A stretch of DNA of 63,181 nt, filler included. It is 5 parts of 5 records of this genome, joined end to end, with 100 filler letters (N's around TTAATTAATTAA, not from the genome) between each part and the next. Parts side by side here need not be neighbours in the genome. Positions count along the whole stretch, not along the records: positions 29,970 to 42,105 come from SRR20825019_3119; positions 42,206 to 55,708 come from SRR20825019_3120; 3 more parts are not named here. The stretch is one strand, 5' to 3'. The notes beneath the pieces were generated by a model, which did no database searches, was not told the origin of the DNA, and saw nothing but the letters and a program-made list of their open reading frames with translations. The translations under genes and the position numbers were made by a program. The stretch's first letter is position 1, and every line of letters begins with the position of its first letter. Shown one piece after another: positions 34,540-44,195 of the stretch.

Positions 34540-35916
34540 CTAGAAATACTGAATAGAGACCCGGAACAGTTGCTCCACATGCCGCACAGCCGAGGCGACA
34601 GCAAACAGAATAACCCGATCATGGGCCTTGATCTTCATGTCACCGGTTGGCTGCAAAACCTTGTCTCCACGATAGACCGCACCAATCCGAATACCCTCCG
34701 GCAGATCGAGATCACGAAATGGTGTGCCGACGAGTGGAGAGGTTGCCAAAGCCTCCGCTTCGATGACTTCGGCCGCGCCCTTCTGCACGGCATAGACAGA
34801 GCGTATGCGGCCCTTACGCACATGCTGGAGAACACGCGAAATGGTGATCGCACGCGGATTGATATAGGCATCAATACCCAAAGATTTGGTCACATCGTGA
34901 AATGAGGGGTTGTTCAGAAGTGCCAGATTGGATTGACAGCCGAGTTGCTTGGCAATCACAGACGACAGAATATTCGTCTGGTCGTCATTGGTCAGAGAAA
35001 CCATCAGATGTGCGTCGGGAACATCGGCCTGTATCATGATGTTCTGATCCAGTGCAGACCCTTGCAAAACAATCACATTGCGCAACGCATCCGAAACGGC
35101 GACCGCCTTTTCGCGATTGTTCTCGATCATTTTCAGCCGGGTTTTTGGCTGAAGTTCCTCGATCGACTTGGCAACGTAAAATCCGATATTGCCGCCACCG
35201 GCAATCACGATGCGGCGGGCCTCCTGTTCCTCATGCCCAAACAGTGCCAGCGTACGGCGAATGTGTTCCTGCTCGCACACAACATAAACCAGATCTCCGG
35301 CAACGATCTGATCAGTCGAATGCGGAATCATGACCTTTTCATCGCGATAGATACCTGTAACGGTCGCGCTGAGATCGGGGAAAAGCTGACTAAGCTGCAA
35401 CAGTGGCGTATTCAGTACCGGGCAATCATCATTGCACTCAACGGCAAGCATGGCGATACGTTCGTCGGCAAAACGCACGATATCTGTTGCTCCCGGAAAT
35501 GAAATGCGGCGCAGAACCAGCTTCCCGACTTCAACCTCCGGTGAAATCGTCACGTCAATCGGCATGTGGTCGCGGGAAAACAAATCCGAGTAATGTGATT
35601 GAAGATAGCTCTGGGAACGGATCCGGGCAATCTTGGTCGGAACGTTGAATAGCGAATGGGCCACCTGACAGGCCACCATGTTAATTTCGTCGTGCAGTGT
35701 CACGGCGATAATCATGTCAGCCTGATCGGCGCCTGCTTTTGCCAGCGTATCGGGATGGGCGCCATGGCCGACATAGCCGCGAACATCAAGTAACTCGGTG
35801 ATTGTGCTGATCAGAGAGGCAGACGTATCAATGACTGATACATCATTATACTCCTGCGAAAGACGCTCCGCGATACCAAAACCAACCTGACCTGCACCGC
35901 AAATAATGATTTTCAT
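34540..35916 (-). CDS. trkA: Trk system potassium uptake NAD-binding subunit
   Basis: 458 aa with two Rossmann motifs (GAGQVG, GGGNIG); usual position after ntrX. Confidence 0.95.
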   Translation of the reverse strand: MKIIICGAGQVGFGIAERLSQEYNDVSVIDTSASLISTITELLDVRGYVGHGAHPDTLAKAGADQADMIIAVTLHDEINMVACQVAHSLFNVPTKIARIRSQSYLQSHYSDLFSRDHMPIDVTISPEVEVGKLVLRRISFPGATDIVRFADERIAMLAVECNDDCPVLNTPLLQLSQLFPDLSATVTGIYRDEKVMIPHSTDQIVAGDLVYVVCEQEHIRRTLALFGHEEQEARRIVIAGGGNIGFYVAKSIEELQPKTRLKMIENNREKAVAVSDALRNVIVLQGSALDQNIMIQADVPDAHLMVSLTNDDQTNILSSVIAKQLGCQSNLALLNNPSFHDVTKSLGIDAYINPRAITISRVLQHVRKGRIRSVYAVQKGAAEVIEAEALATSPLVGTPFRDLDLPEGIRIGAVYRGDKVLQPTGDMKIKAHDRVILFAVASAVRHVEQLFRVSIQYF

Positions 35917-36031
35917 ATATTCTTTCGGCCATGAAGACCGTTCCCGAGTTTAAAATTCGGATTACTGTCAGGCTATCTCGCCCAAGCGTACCCGCAGTTT
36001 AATTTCGAAGTGCAATCTGACGGAGTTTCGT

Positions 36032-37396
36032 TCAAATGCCAAGAGACTTGAGTTTGCGATGCAGAGCCGAGCGCTCCATGCCCACAAACTCGGCTGTGCG
36101 TGAGATGTTCCCGCCAAACCGGTTGATCTGGGCCATCAGATAATCGCGTTCAAACCGTTCCCGCGCCTCACGCAATGGCAAAGTCATGATATGCGCATCG
36201 CCAGTTGTCTGAATTTGCGGCAGTACATCTGACAGATCTGCAGGCAGAAGGTCGGCACTGATCGGTGCGGCCGGATCTTCTTCGCGTGAAAGAATCAGCA
36301 AACGCTCCAGGTTATTCCGCAATTGCCTTATGTTACCCGGCCAGTCGTGCGCCTGAAGGATCGCCATGGCATCATCGGCAATACGCCGCTGTCGAACACC
36401 CGCCTGCTCGCAAAGCTGGCGCATGATGAAATCGACCAGAAACGGGATATCTTCACGTCGCTCAGCGAGTGAAGGAATGCGAACAGGCACAACAGCAAGT
36501 CTATGATAGAGGTCTTGGCGGAAGGCATTGTTCTCGATCCTTTCCTGCAGATTCAATGCCGTCGACGAAATGATCCGGACATCAACGCTTACACGGCGGT
36601 TTCCACCGACGCGCTCGAACTGTTGATCAACCAGAACACGCAGGATTTTCTTTTGCGTGTCGTTGGGCATCTCGCCAACTTCGTCAAGATAAAGCGTGCC
36701 GCGGTGAGCCCGCTCCAGAGCGCCGGTTTTTCTGGTTCGCCCGCCCCCGCCTTCGACGCCGAACAGTTCAATCTCCATGTTGTCGGGCGTGATAGCTGCG
36801 GCATTCAGGGCCACAAATGGCCCCTCTGCACGCTGGCTCTTCTGATGCATCAAACGTGCAACAACTTCCTTCCCGCTGCCAGAGCCACCGAAAATCATGA
36901 CACGGCTGTTGGTCGGACCGACTTTTTCAAGTGACTGACGCAGTTGCGAAACCAGAAGCGATGAACCAACCAGCTCTTCCGGGTCGCCGGTTTTACGCTT
37001 CAGTTCCATCACCTCGTGTTTCAGGCGAGAGTTTTCAAGCGCTCGCTCGGCGATTAAAACCAGACGATCAGCCTTAAATGGCTTTTCGATAAAATCAAAC
37101 GCACCACGTTTTATTGAGGAAACAGCCGTCTCGATATTGCCGTGGCCCGAAATCATGACCACAGGAAGGTCGGCATGACGCTGTTTGATTTCATCAAGCA
37201 ACGCCAGACCATCCAACCGGCTACCCTGCATCCAGATATCCAGAAAAATCAGTCGCGGAACCCGATCCGCGATTGCGGCAAGCGCGCTATCGCTATCATG
37301 CGCCACCCGCGTTTCATGCCCTTCATCAGACAGGATACCCGACACGATGTCCCGAATATCGGCTTCATCATCCACGACAAGAATATCAGAGGCCAT
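36032..37396 (-). CDS. ntrX: Response regulator NtrX (REC-AAA+-HTH)
   Basis: MASDILVVDDE REC domain, Walker A GSGSGKE, GAFTGA absent as is typical for NtrX, C-terminal ERSALHRKLK; downstream of ntrY. ATG at 37396. Confidence 0.93.
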   Translation of the reverse strand: MASDILVVDDEADIRDIVSGILSDEGHETRVAHDSDSALAAIADRVPRLIFLDIWMQGSRLDGLALLDEIKQRHADLPVVMISGHGNIETAVSSIKRGAFDFIEKPFKADRLVLIAERALENSRLKHEVMELKRKTGDPEELVGSSLLVSQLRQSLEKVGPTNSRVMIFGGSGSGKEVVARLMHQKSQRAEGPFVALNAAAITPDNMEIELFGVEGGGGRTRKTGALERAHRGTLYLDEVGEMPNDTQKKILRVLVDQQFERVGGNRRVSVDVRIISSTALNLQERIENNAFRQDLYHRLAVVPVRIPSLAERREDIPFLVDFIMRQLCEQAGVRQRRIADDAMAILQAHDWPGNIRQLRNNLERLLILSREEDPAAPISADLLPADLSDVLPQIQTTGDAHIMTLPLREARERFERDYLMAQINRFGGNISRTAEFVGMERSALHRKLKSLGI

Positions 37397-39698
37397 CGTT
37401 ATCTTCCTTATCTTGATCTCCACGTACGCTTTCGGCGTCATGCACGTGCGGCAGCTCCACGCGGATCATCGCTCCACGTCCTTCGGCAAAATCAGCCGGC
37501 GCATCATGAAGCTCCAGCTTTCCGCCATGTTCTTCAATGATCTTTCGGACGATAGCGAGTCCGAGCCCGGTCCCCTTCTCGCGCATCGTAATATAAGGCT
37601 CCAGGATCATGTGACGATTTTCGTCCGGAAGTCCTTTACCACTATCGATAAAATCGATGACATACCGGTCACGCACCTTGTCATATGTTGCTGAAACCAG
37701 AATTTTTCTCTCTCCTGAGAATTCAGAATGAGGAACAGCATCAATAGCTTCAACTGCATTCTTGATAATATTGGCGAAAGCCTGCCCGAGCATCCGCTCA
37801 TCAAAAGACCCCTCAAGCGGCTCATCGCCCAACTCACGCAAGAAACTCACATCTGTCCGCCCCATCTCCCGCAGAAAGATTGCATCGGTCAAGATCGTGC
37901 GAAGATCCCCTTGCGTTTTGGATGGCTTTGGCATTCGGGCAAATGCAGAGAATTCATCGACCATACGGCCAATATCGCCAACCTGCCGGACGATTGTATC
38001 TGTACACTGATCAAAGACGGCACGGTCTTCCTCGCTCTCGATCTTACGGCCAAATCGGCGCTTGATACGTTCAGCGGAAAGCTGAATCGGCGTGAGCGGA
38101 TTCTTTATCTCATGGGCAATCCGGCGCGCCACATCAGCCCATGCCGATGAACGCTGAGCGATAATCAGGTCGGTAATGTCATCAAGGGTGATAACATAGG
38201 CTTCGGTAGCATCGCGTGAGTCCTCCTTCGTGACCTGCACCGAAAGCGTACGCTCCTTGCCCAGGCGCATCAGGTTGATCTGGCGTCTGAAATTTTTGCG
38301 GTTACGGCGCATGGCGGCCGTCATCACGACATCAATTTCTGGCGCTACAGTCTCAAGCTTATGACCGAGAAGATCATCAGCGTTTACGACCAGAAGCTGC
38401 TCAGCCGAGAGATTGGCAATCGTAATTGTCCGATCTGAATCGACACCAATGACAGCAGCAGTCACCCCCGAAAGCACGGCCTCGATGAACCGGCGCCGGT
38501 CATCGACTTCGTCCTTGGCCAGCAAAACCTCGCGTTGCTGCGCGCGAATTTCGGCGACCATTTTGTTGAAGGTCTTCGACAACCGCCCGACATCACCATC
38601 GATGGAGCGCACGGGAACTGCGACTTTCAAATCCCCTGTAGCCACCTGATCGGCTGCCCCGATCAAGAGCCGTATAGGCAGCACAATCCTGTCGGCGACT
38701 GCGATACCGGTCCAGATCGCCGCCAGAAGCACAATCAGCGCAAAACCGAGATAGAGCACAGCAAAGGCCACCTGAATGGAAAAACGCCCGTCCTCCATCG
38801 ATTTGTACTCTGAGAAATTATCCTCAATCATGCGCATCGCGCCCATGACACTGGGATCGACCGCCCGCACTGTATAAAGATACGTTCCAGGCAGCGCCTC
38901 CAGCGCTATGATGGCGCCGACAAGATTGGTATCGCCCGGCGGGATCAGTGTCGGTGTTCCTGCCGCCGCCTTCTCCAGCGCATCTTTTGGAATATCGGGC
39001 AAGGGTGCATCATCACTGACGTCAGCCTGAACAACGACACTGCCATCATCACGCACAAGAAATGCCCCAAGCATCCCCCTGCCACGCGCCTGCCGCGTCA
39101 TCAGATCGGTAAAGCCTGTACGATCCAGATAATAAAGCGAGCGGTTGCGTTCCAGATCATTGCCCATGGAAAGCGTCTGCCCCTGAAGGTAGCTCGCATT
39201 CTCCATCATGTAGGCTTGCGCGACATTCAAAGACGATTGCACGATCGACTGCGTTCTGAGCGCAAACCAGCGGTCGAGTCCAGCATTGAGCGTCAGCGTC
39301 GCGAAAATGGCGACAATGATGGCAGGCGTAACCGCAACGATCCCGAACAATAACACAATACGGATATGCAACTGCGCCGCAGCACGCCCGCGCCGTCTGG
39401 CTTTCAAGAGTTGCCTGACCTCACGACCAATGAGGAAGATCAGCGTCAGCACAAACAATGAGTTGGCGACAACAAGCCCGATCACAACATGACCGGTTGG
39501 CTTGATCGGCGTCAAACCAAGGAGGATAAACAGCGATAAGAACGCTGTCAGCAAAGCACCTGCGACAATGAACATGCCCGGAGAGCGAAGCATGGCGCGC
39601 ATACCGCCGCGGCCATACGGGCCACCGCTGATCGCTATGCTCTCTTCATCCGGATCATGCTGAAAAAATCCGGTATTTCGTTCCGCTTCCGCTGTCAT
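37386..39698 (-). CDS. ntrY: Sensor histidine kinase NtrY (TM-HAMP-PAS-HisKA-HATPase)
   Basis: [22 protein letters not shown]-box, GTGLGL G2 box, N-terminal TM segments. Confidence 0.93.
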   Translation of the reverse strand: MTAEAERNTGFFQHDPDEESIAISGGPYGRGGMRAMLRSPGMFIVAGALLTAFLSLFILLGLTPIKPTGHVVIGLVVANSLFVLTLIFLIGREVRQLLKARRRGRAAAQLHIRIVLLFGIVAVTPAIIVAIFATLTLNAGLDRWFALRTQSIVQSSLNVAQAYMMENASYLQGQTLSMGNDLERNRSLYYLDRTGFTDLMTRQARGRGMLGAFLVRDDGSVVVQADVSDDAPLPDIPKDALEKAAAGTPTLIPPGDTNLVGAIIALEALPGTYLYTVRAVDPSVMGAMRMIEDNFSEYKSMEDGRFSIQVAFAVLYLGFALIVLLAAIWTGIAVADRIVLPIRLLIGAADQVATGDLKVAVPVRSIDGDVGRLSKTFNKMVAEIRAQQREVLLAKDEVDDRRRFIEAVLSGVTAAVIGVDSDRTITIANLSAEQLLVVNADDLLGHKLETVAPEIDVVMTAAMRRNRKNFRRQINLMRLGKERTLSVQVTKEDSRDATEAYVITLDDITDLIIAQRSSAWADVARRIAHEIKNPLTPIQLSAERIKRRFGRKIESEEDRAVFDQCTDTIVRQVGDIGRMVDEFSAFARMPKPSKTQGDLRTILTDAIFLREMGRTDVSFLRELGDEPLEGSFDERMLGQAFANIIKNAVEAIDAVPHSEFSGERKILVSATYDKVRDRYVIDFIDSGKGLPDENRHMILEPYITMREKGTGLGLAIVRKIIEEHGGKLELHDAPADFAEGRGAMIRVELPHVHDAESVRGDQDKEDNDGL

Positions 39699-39786
39699 GT
39701 CTTGCGATCTTGTTGCTGTTGCGCGGACGCAAATTTACCGCCGGTCGGGATCGGGACCGGCGAATCCCTATGCGCGAATGAGGTTA

Positions 39787-39803
39787 TGCAACATATTGTG
39801 GCA
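39787..39803. promoter_or_regulatory. Candidate NtrX/NtrC-type binding site upstream of ntrY
   Basis: Imperfect dyad TGCAAC-ATATT-GTGGCA containing CAA-N4-TTG, in the ntrC-ntrY spacer. Confidence 0.4.
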
Positions 39804-39858
39804 CAAATGCAACGGAAAGCGTTAACCGCACCGGTTTCACCGGCATCGAAAAACCTTC

Positions 39859-41322
39859 TTATGACGTCGAGTTCGGGCTGCGTGAGCTGCGATAAACAGA
39901 AACACCCAGTTCGCGAATTTTCTTGCGAAGTGTGTTGCGGTTGAGGCCCAGAAGATCAGCAGCCCGGATCTGATTGCCACGTGTCGCCGTCAGTGCTGCC
40001 AGGATAAGCGGATACTCGACTTCATTTAACACGCGCTCATACAAACCGGATGGTGGCAGACTTTCACCGAAACTGGCAAAATAGCTGCGCATGTTTTCTT
40101 CCACTGCCTGAGCAATCGTTGGCGTGCCATTGCGCGCAGCCGCGGTCTCCGCCGGCACCTCAGGCTGATCTGCTCTCAATTCCTGCTCAACGATCTCGCG
40201 TGTGATGACATCCTGCGGATAAAGCGCCATCAACCGCCGGACAAGATTTTCCAGCTCCCGCACATTGCCCGGCCATGGATAGGATTTCATCGCGTCCAGA
40301 GCGCCCTGCTCAAAACGCTTGCCGCCAAGACCTTCTGTTTCACCTTCCTGCACGAAATGGCGCACGAGATCGCCAATGTCTTCAGCACGCTCACGCAGCG
40401 GTGGCAGGCGCAGCGGTACGACGTTCAAACGATAATAAAGGTCTTCGCGGAAAAGTCCTTGATGGATTGACTGCTTCAGATCCTTGTTTGTAGCAGCGAC
40501 AATTCTGACGTCTGTGCGAATTGGGGTACGCCCACCGACCGTGGTATATTCCCCTTGCTGGAGAACACGAAGAAGCCGGGTTTGCGCATCCATTGGCATG
40601 TCGCCAATCTCGTCGAGAAAAAGCGTACCGCCCTCTGCCTGTTCAAAACGCCCTGTCGAACGTGTCTGAGCACCTGTAAAGGCTCCCTTTTCATGGCCGA
40701 AGAGTTCCGACTCAATCAAGTCACGTGGGATCGCAGCCATATTGATCGCCACAAAGGGACCATTCCTGCGTTTGCCGTAATCATGAAGCGCACGTGCGAC
40801 AAGCTCCTTGCCGGTACCGGATTCGCCGGTGATCATCAGCGTCAGGTCTGTCTGCATGAGACGCGCCAGCACACGATAGATTTCCTGCATCGCAGCGGAG
40901 CGCCCGACAAGCGGCATACCGTCCTGCATATCGTCGCCCAGTGGCGCTGGCTTGCGCTTGGGTTCAGACAGCGCACGGCCGACAATGCCGATCAGCTCGG
41001 TCAGATCAAACGGCTTTGGAAGATAGTCATAGGCACCCTTCTCCGATGCTTTGACAGCGGTCATGAAGGTGTTCTGAGCGCTCATGACGATGACCGGCAG
41101 ATCCGGGCGAGATTGCTTGATACGTGGAAGAAGGTCGAAGGCATTTTCATCTGGCATGACCACATCGGTCAGCACCAGATCTCCATCGCCGGAAGATATC
41201 CAGCGCCAGAGCGTGGCAGCATTGGCGGTGATACGGACATCATAGCCAGCGCGGCTCAGTGCCTGGTTCAGCACTGTGCGGATGGCTGCATCATCGTCGG
41301 CGACAAGAATGGTGGCTGTCAT
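39859..41322 (-). CDS. ntrC: Nitrogen regulation protein NR(I), NtrC
   Basis: REC domain, [24 protein letters not shown]-terminal [12 protein letters not shown]. Confidence 0.96.
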   Translation of the reverse strand: MTATILVADDDAAIRTVLNQALSRAGYDVRITANAATLWRWISSGDGDLVLTDVVMPDENAFDLLPRIKQSRPDLPVIVMSAQNTFMTAVKASEKGAYDYLPKPFDLTELIGIVGRALSEPKRKPAPLGDDMQDGMPLVGRSAAMQEIYRVLARLMQTDLTLMITGESGTGKELVARALHDYGKRRNGPFVAINMAAIPRDLIESELFGHEKGAFTGAQTRSTGRFEQAEGGTLFLDEIGDMPMDAQTRLLRVLQQGEYTTVGGRTPIRTDVRIVAATNKDLKQSIHQGLFREDLYYRLNVVPLRLPPLRERAEDIGDLVRHFVQEGETEGLGGKRFEQGALDAMKSYPWPGNVRELENLVRRLMALYPQDVITREIVEQELRADQPEVPAETAAARNGTPTIAQAVEENMRSYFASFGESLPPSGLYERVLNEVEYPLILAALTATRGNQIRAADLLGLNRNTLRKKIRELGVSVYRSSRSPNSTS

Positions 41323-42105
41323 TGTTTTTTTCCTGACTGTTCATCCATCTGCGCGGAAGGTGCGGTCGCGACATCTTTCGAGACCGGCATAAGAATTCTG
41401 AAAGTCGTGCGGCCGTTTGCACTGTCGCATTCGACAATACCGCCGTGGCCTCCGATAATCTTGGCAACAAGCGCAAGGCCAAGCCCCGTTCCGTTGGTTT
41501 TGGTCGTGATAAAGGGGTCAAAAAGATGCGCCATCAGATCTTGCGGTACACCCGGTCCGTTGTCGTGCACGCAAAACTCCAGAGGCAGCGAAATTTTCTC
41601 CCGGCTACCGGAAATCGACATGCGCATTCCGGGCCGGTAGGCCGACGTCAGAATGATTTCTCCACCAGGCCGGTCAGCAACAGCTTCCGAGGCATTTTTG
41701 ATTAGATTGAGGAAGACCTGTACCAGTTGATCGCGATTGGCAAAAATCAGTGGCAAGGACGGATCATATTCCTCTGAAATCTTTATGTTACGGGCAAAAC
41801 CAGCTTTTGCGACGGCTTTTACATGGTCCAGCACCGAGTGAATATTGAGCGGCACACGGTCAATCGGTCTTTCGTCGGAAAAAACCTCCATGCGATCAAC
41901 CAGTGAAACGATCCGGTCGGATTCGTCGCATATCAGCTGTGTCAGCGCCCTATCCTCATCGCTGGCATTCGCTTCAAGAAGCTGTGCAGCCCCTCTGATT
42001 CCCGACAACGGATTCTTGATCTCATGCGCCAGCATGGAGGCCAGACCGGTTACCGAGCGGGCGGCGGCACGGTGAACCAGTTGCCGGTCGATCTTGTCGG
42101 CCATG
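41319..42105 (-). CDS. ntrB: Nitrogen regulation histidine kinase NtrB (5'-truncated)
   Basis: [20 protein letters not shown]-box, GTGLGL; overlaps the ntrC start. Confidence 0.93.
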
Positions 42106-42205
42106 NNNNNNNNNNNNNNNNNNNNNNNNNNNNNNNNNNNNNNNNNNNNTTAATTAATTAANNNNNNNNNNNNNNNNNNNNNNNNNNNNNNNNNNNNNNN
42201 NNNNN
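42106..42205. other. Artificial contig-joining linker
   Basis: Same 44N-TTAATTAATTAA-44N spacer. Confidence 0.98.
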
Positions 42206-42611
42206 CAAAATCGATGGAGTCGCGGCCGATTATCTCCTGCTTCAACAGGAAGTGGGTGCGGGTATTTCCCTACTGAGCCGAGATGGTCGGCAACTGCGTG
42301 TCGGTTTGTCGGAGAATCGATTCGACGTGTGGGTAAGTGAGCCGCAGAAGAGGCACGAGGGGAGCAATGCCGAATCGGTCTTCGTCGAAGTGGAATGGGA
42401 ATTGCCGTGGCGGATCACCCTCACCGAGCGTGGTGTTTACTACTACGACTTATCGTCGAAAGAAGACGGCTGGGAAAATAAGTTTCAGATCGATAAGAAG
42501 CTGACCGAAACACTGAGCGTCGGAGTGTTGCACGAGCTGCGTTACAATAATCCGGATGTGCGGGTGTCGGATTATGAACTGCTCAAGCTTCTGATCGGTC
42601 TCGATTTTTAA
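42206..42611 (+). CDS. C-terminal part of an outer-membrane beta-barrel protein (DUF481-like), 5'-truncated
   Basis: Alternating amphipathic strands ending LKLLIGLDF with a terminal Phe (beta-signal). Confidence 0.55.
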
Positions 42612-42618
42612 GCGAGGT

Positions 42619-43626
42619 TCAGGTCTCGCACTTGAGCACGTAAACGATGCCTTGTTCCGAGCCGATGGCGAGGAGGGTGTCATCGGGAGACCAACAAAGC
42701 TTCGTGGCGGTCGCCGGCATTTTGACGGTGGCGCGAAGAGGCTTTTCGCGTTCGGGGCTCCAAATTTGGACCACGCCATCCTGCGAGGCGGAGGCGAGGA
42801 GCCCGTGGGAGGTTTGAAAGGCGACTGCGCAGATTTTGGATTGATGCGGCAGCATGACGGGCTCACGACCTTCCGGTCCTGCCCCGCTGCAATCCCAGAG
42901 GCAACATTCACTGCCACCGCCGGTCGCGAGCCGGTGGGATTGGTGATCGAAGGAGAGCTCTTTCACTTTGCCTTCGTAGCCGCTCATTTGCAGTTCGATT
43001 TCCTCTTCGGGAATCCAGAGGTGGACGCTCGGATCCTGATTGCCGGAAACAAGCCAACGGGCGTCGGGCGACCAGACGAGGGCTTGGATGCCGTTGTTAT
43101 ACGGGTATTCCTTTTGCGTGATGTAGCTGTCGGCATCCCACAGGCAGACTCCGCCGAAATAGGAAACCGCCACGCAACCGCCCTGAGGGTGCCATGCGAG
43201 TGCGGAGATGGATTTGGGTGCATCGTCAAAGCGATGGCGTTCGCTGCCATCTGGATTGATGGCGAGAAGCTGGCGTCCGGCGGAGGCTGCGAGCCAAGTT
43301 TCACCGGCGGGGCGCCAGGCAAGGTGTTCCACCCAAGAGCTCGCCATTTTGATGGAGCTGATATGTTGCCCGGCGACGGGATCCCAGAGTTTGACGAGTC
43401 CATCCTGCCCGCCGGTGGCGAGGGATTTGCCATCAGGCTGCCACGCGAGGCAATTGGTGCCATCGTCGTGCCCGGGGAGAGGGTGCTGCACACCACCGTC
43501 TTTTGCATCAAAGATCGTGACGGGGCCATCGGCGGACGCAGCGGCCAGTTGTGAACCGTCGGGCGACCACGCGAGGTCGATGGCATAGTCTTGGAGAGTG
43601 GCGGCCCAGTGTTTGATCAATTGCAT
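42619..43626 (-). CDS. Bacterial WD40 beta-propeller protein
   Basis: About 7 repeats of the type LAWSPDG..LA.G..DG.V.LWD, plus LQMSGYEGKVKEL. Confidence 0.9.
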   Translation of the reverse strand: MQLIKHWAATLQDYAIDLAWSPDGSQLAAASADGPVTIFDAKDGGVQHPLPGHDDGTNCLAWQPDGKSLATGGQDGLVKLWDPVAGQHISSIKMASSWVEHLAWRPAGETWLAASAGRQLLAINPDGSERHRFDDAPKSISALAWHPQGGCVAVSYFGGVCLWDADSYITQKEYPYNNGIQALVWSPDARWLVSGNQDPSVHLWIPEEEIELQMSGYEGKVKELSFDHQSHRLATGGGSECCLWDCSGAGPEGREPVMLPHQSKICAVAFQTSHGLLASASQDGVVQIWSPEREKPLRATVKMPATATKLCWSPDDTLLAIGSEQGIVYVLKCET

Positions 43627-43817
43627 GGTCGAATAAACGTTAGTCCGGATAATTCACTGACATAAAACCTTAAACAAAAAAATATCCCGTTCGTCCCGGA
43701 TCAACGCGACTTTGGCTCAGCTAGACCCGATGAGACCGGCCGGGAGAGAAGCTATTTTTTGCTGCTGAGTGTGAACGAGGCAGGTTTGCCATTAACACGG
43801 TAAAAGAGGGAAGAAAA

Positions 43818-43961
43818 TCCCCCCGGTTGAGAACGCCTCGACTCCGCAGGGGCTTGGTTTGATCACTCCACGAATCTTATCGTCGGTCGCCGGGGGCACT
43901 GTGACCTGAAAAGGTTCGTTGAGGAAAAGCTTTAGAGATCCTCACTGCGGGTGCGGGGGGA
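43818..43961 (+). ncRNA. Candidate structured ncRNA / cis-regulatory RNA of unknown family
   Basis: Nested helices 43818-25/43954-61, 43826-31/43837-42, 43843-49/43945-51, 43870-77/43912-19 and 43885-90/43901-06. Four of them contain G-U pairs valid only on the + strand. Confidence 0.45.
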
Positions 43962-44195
43962 GCGGAGGAAGGCATGGATGCTGCTAAGAGCTGCAGAGTG
44001 ATCTGCCCGGTCCAAAATCTCCGGACTCAATGTTTAAAATGAAAAGTTTTGTAGCCATTGGTCCAAGGTTTATACGTCTAGGTAGCAGTTGTTATTCAGA
44101 CCAAAGTCGTTTTTTGTCATCCTACTCATGCTTTCTCAGAAAAATGTTCTCAGATTTACCAGGCTCCGTGAAGGTGCTGATGCTTCCACCACCGC

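Noticed and set aside
36032..37396. Missing GAFTGA loop in a sigma54-activator-like protein
   Set aside because: This is an established property of alphaproteobacterial NtrX, not novel.
39799..39813. TGGCAC...TGC as a sigma54 promoter
   Set aside because: The GG-to-GC spacing is too short for -24/-12, and it points away from ntrY.
43779..44007. Cobalamin riboswitch call (AGGGAA, ACTGT, CACTG, GGAAGG and GATCTGCC fragments are present)
   Set aside because: The P4 T-loop hairpin after GGGAA and a proper B12 box (AGCCAGxAGACC) are missing, and the downstream genes are sugar transporters; kept only as an unknown structured RNA.
43707..44109. 9-bp inverted repeat CGACTTTGG/CCAAAGTCG as MITE ends
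   Set aside because: It does not extend, and there is no target-site duplication or second copy.
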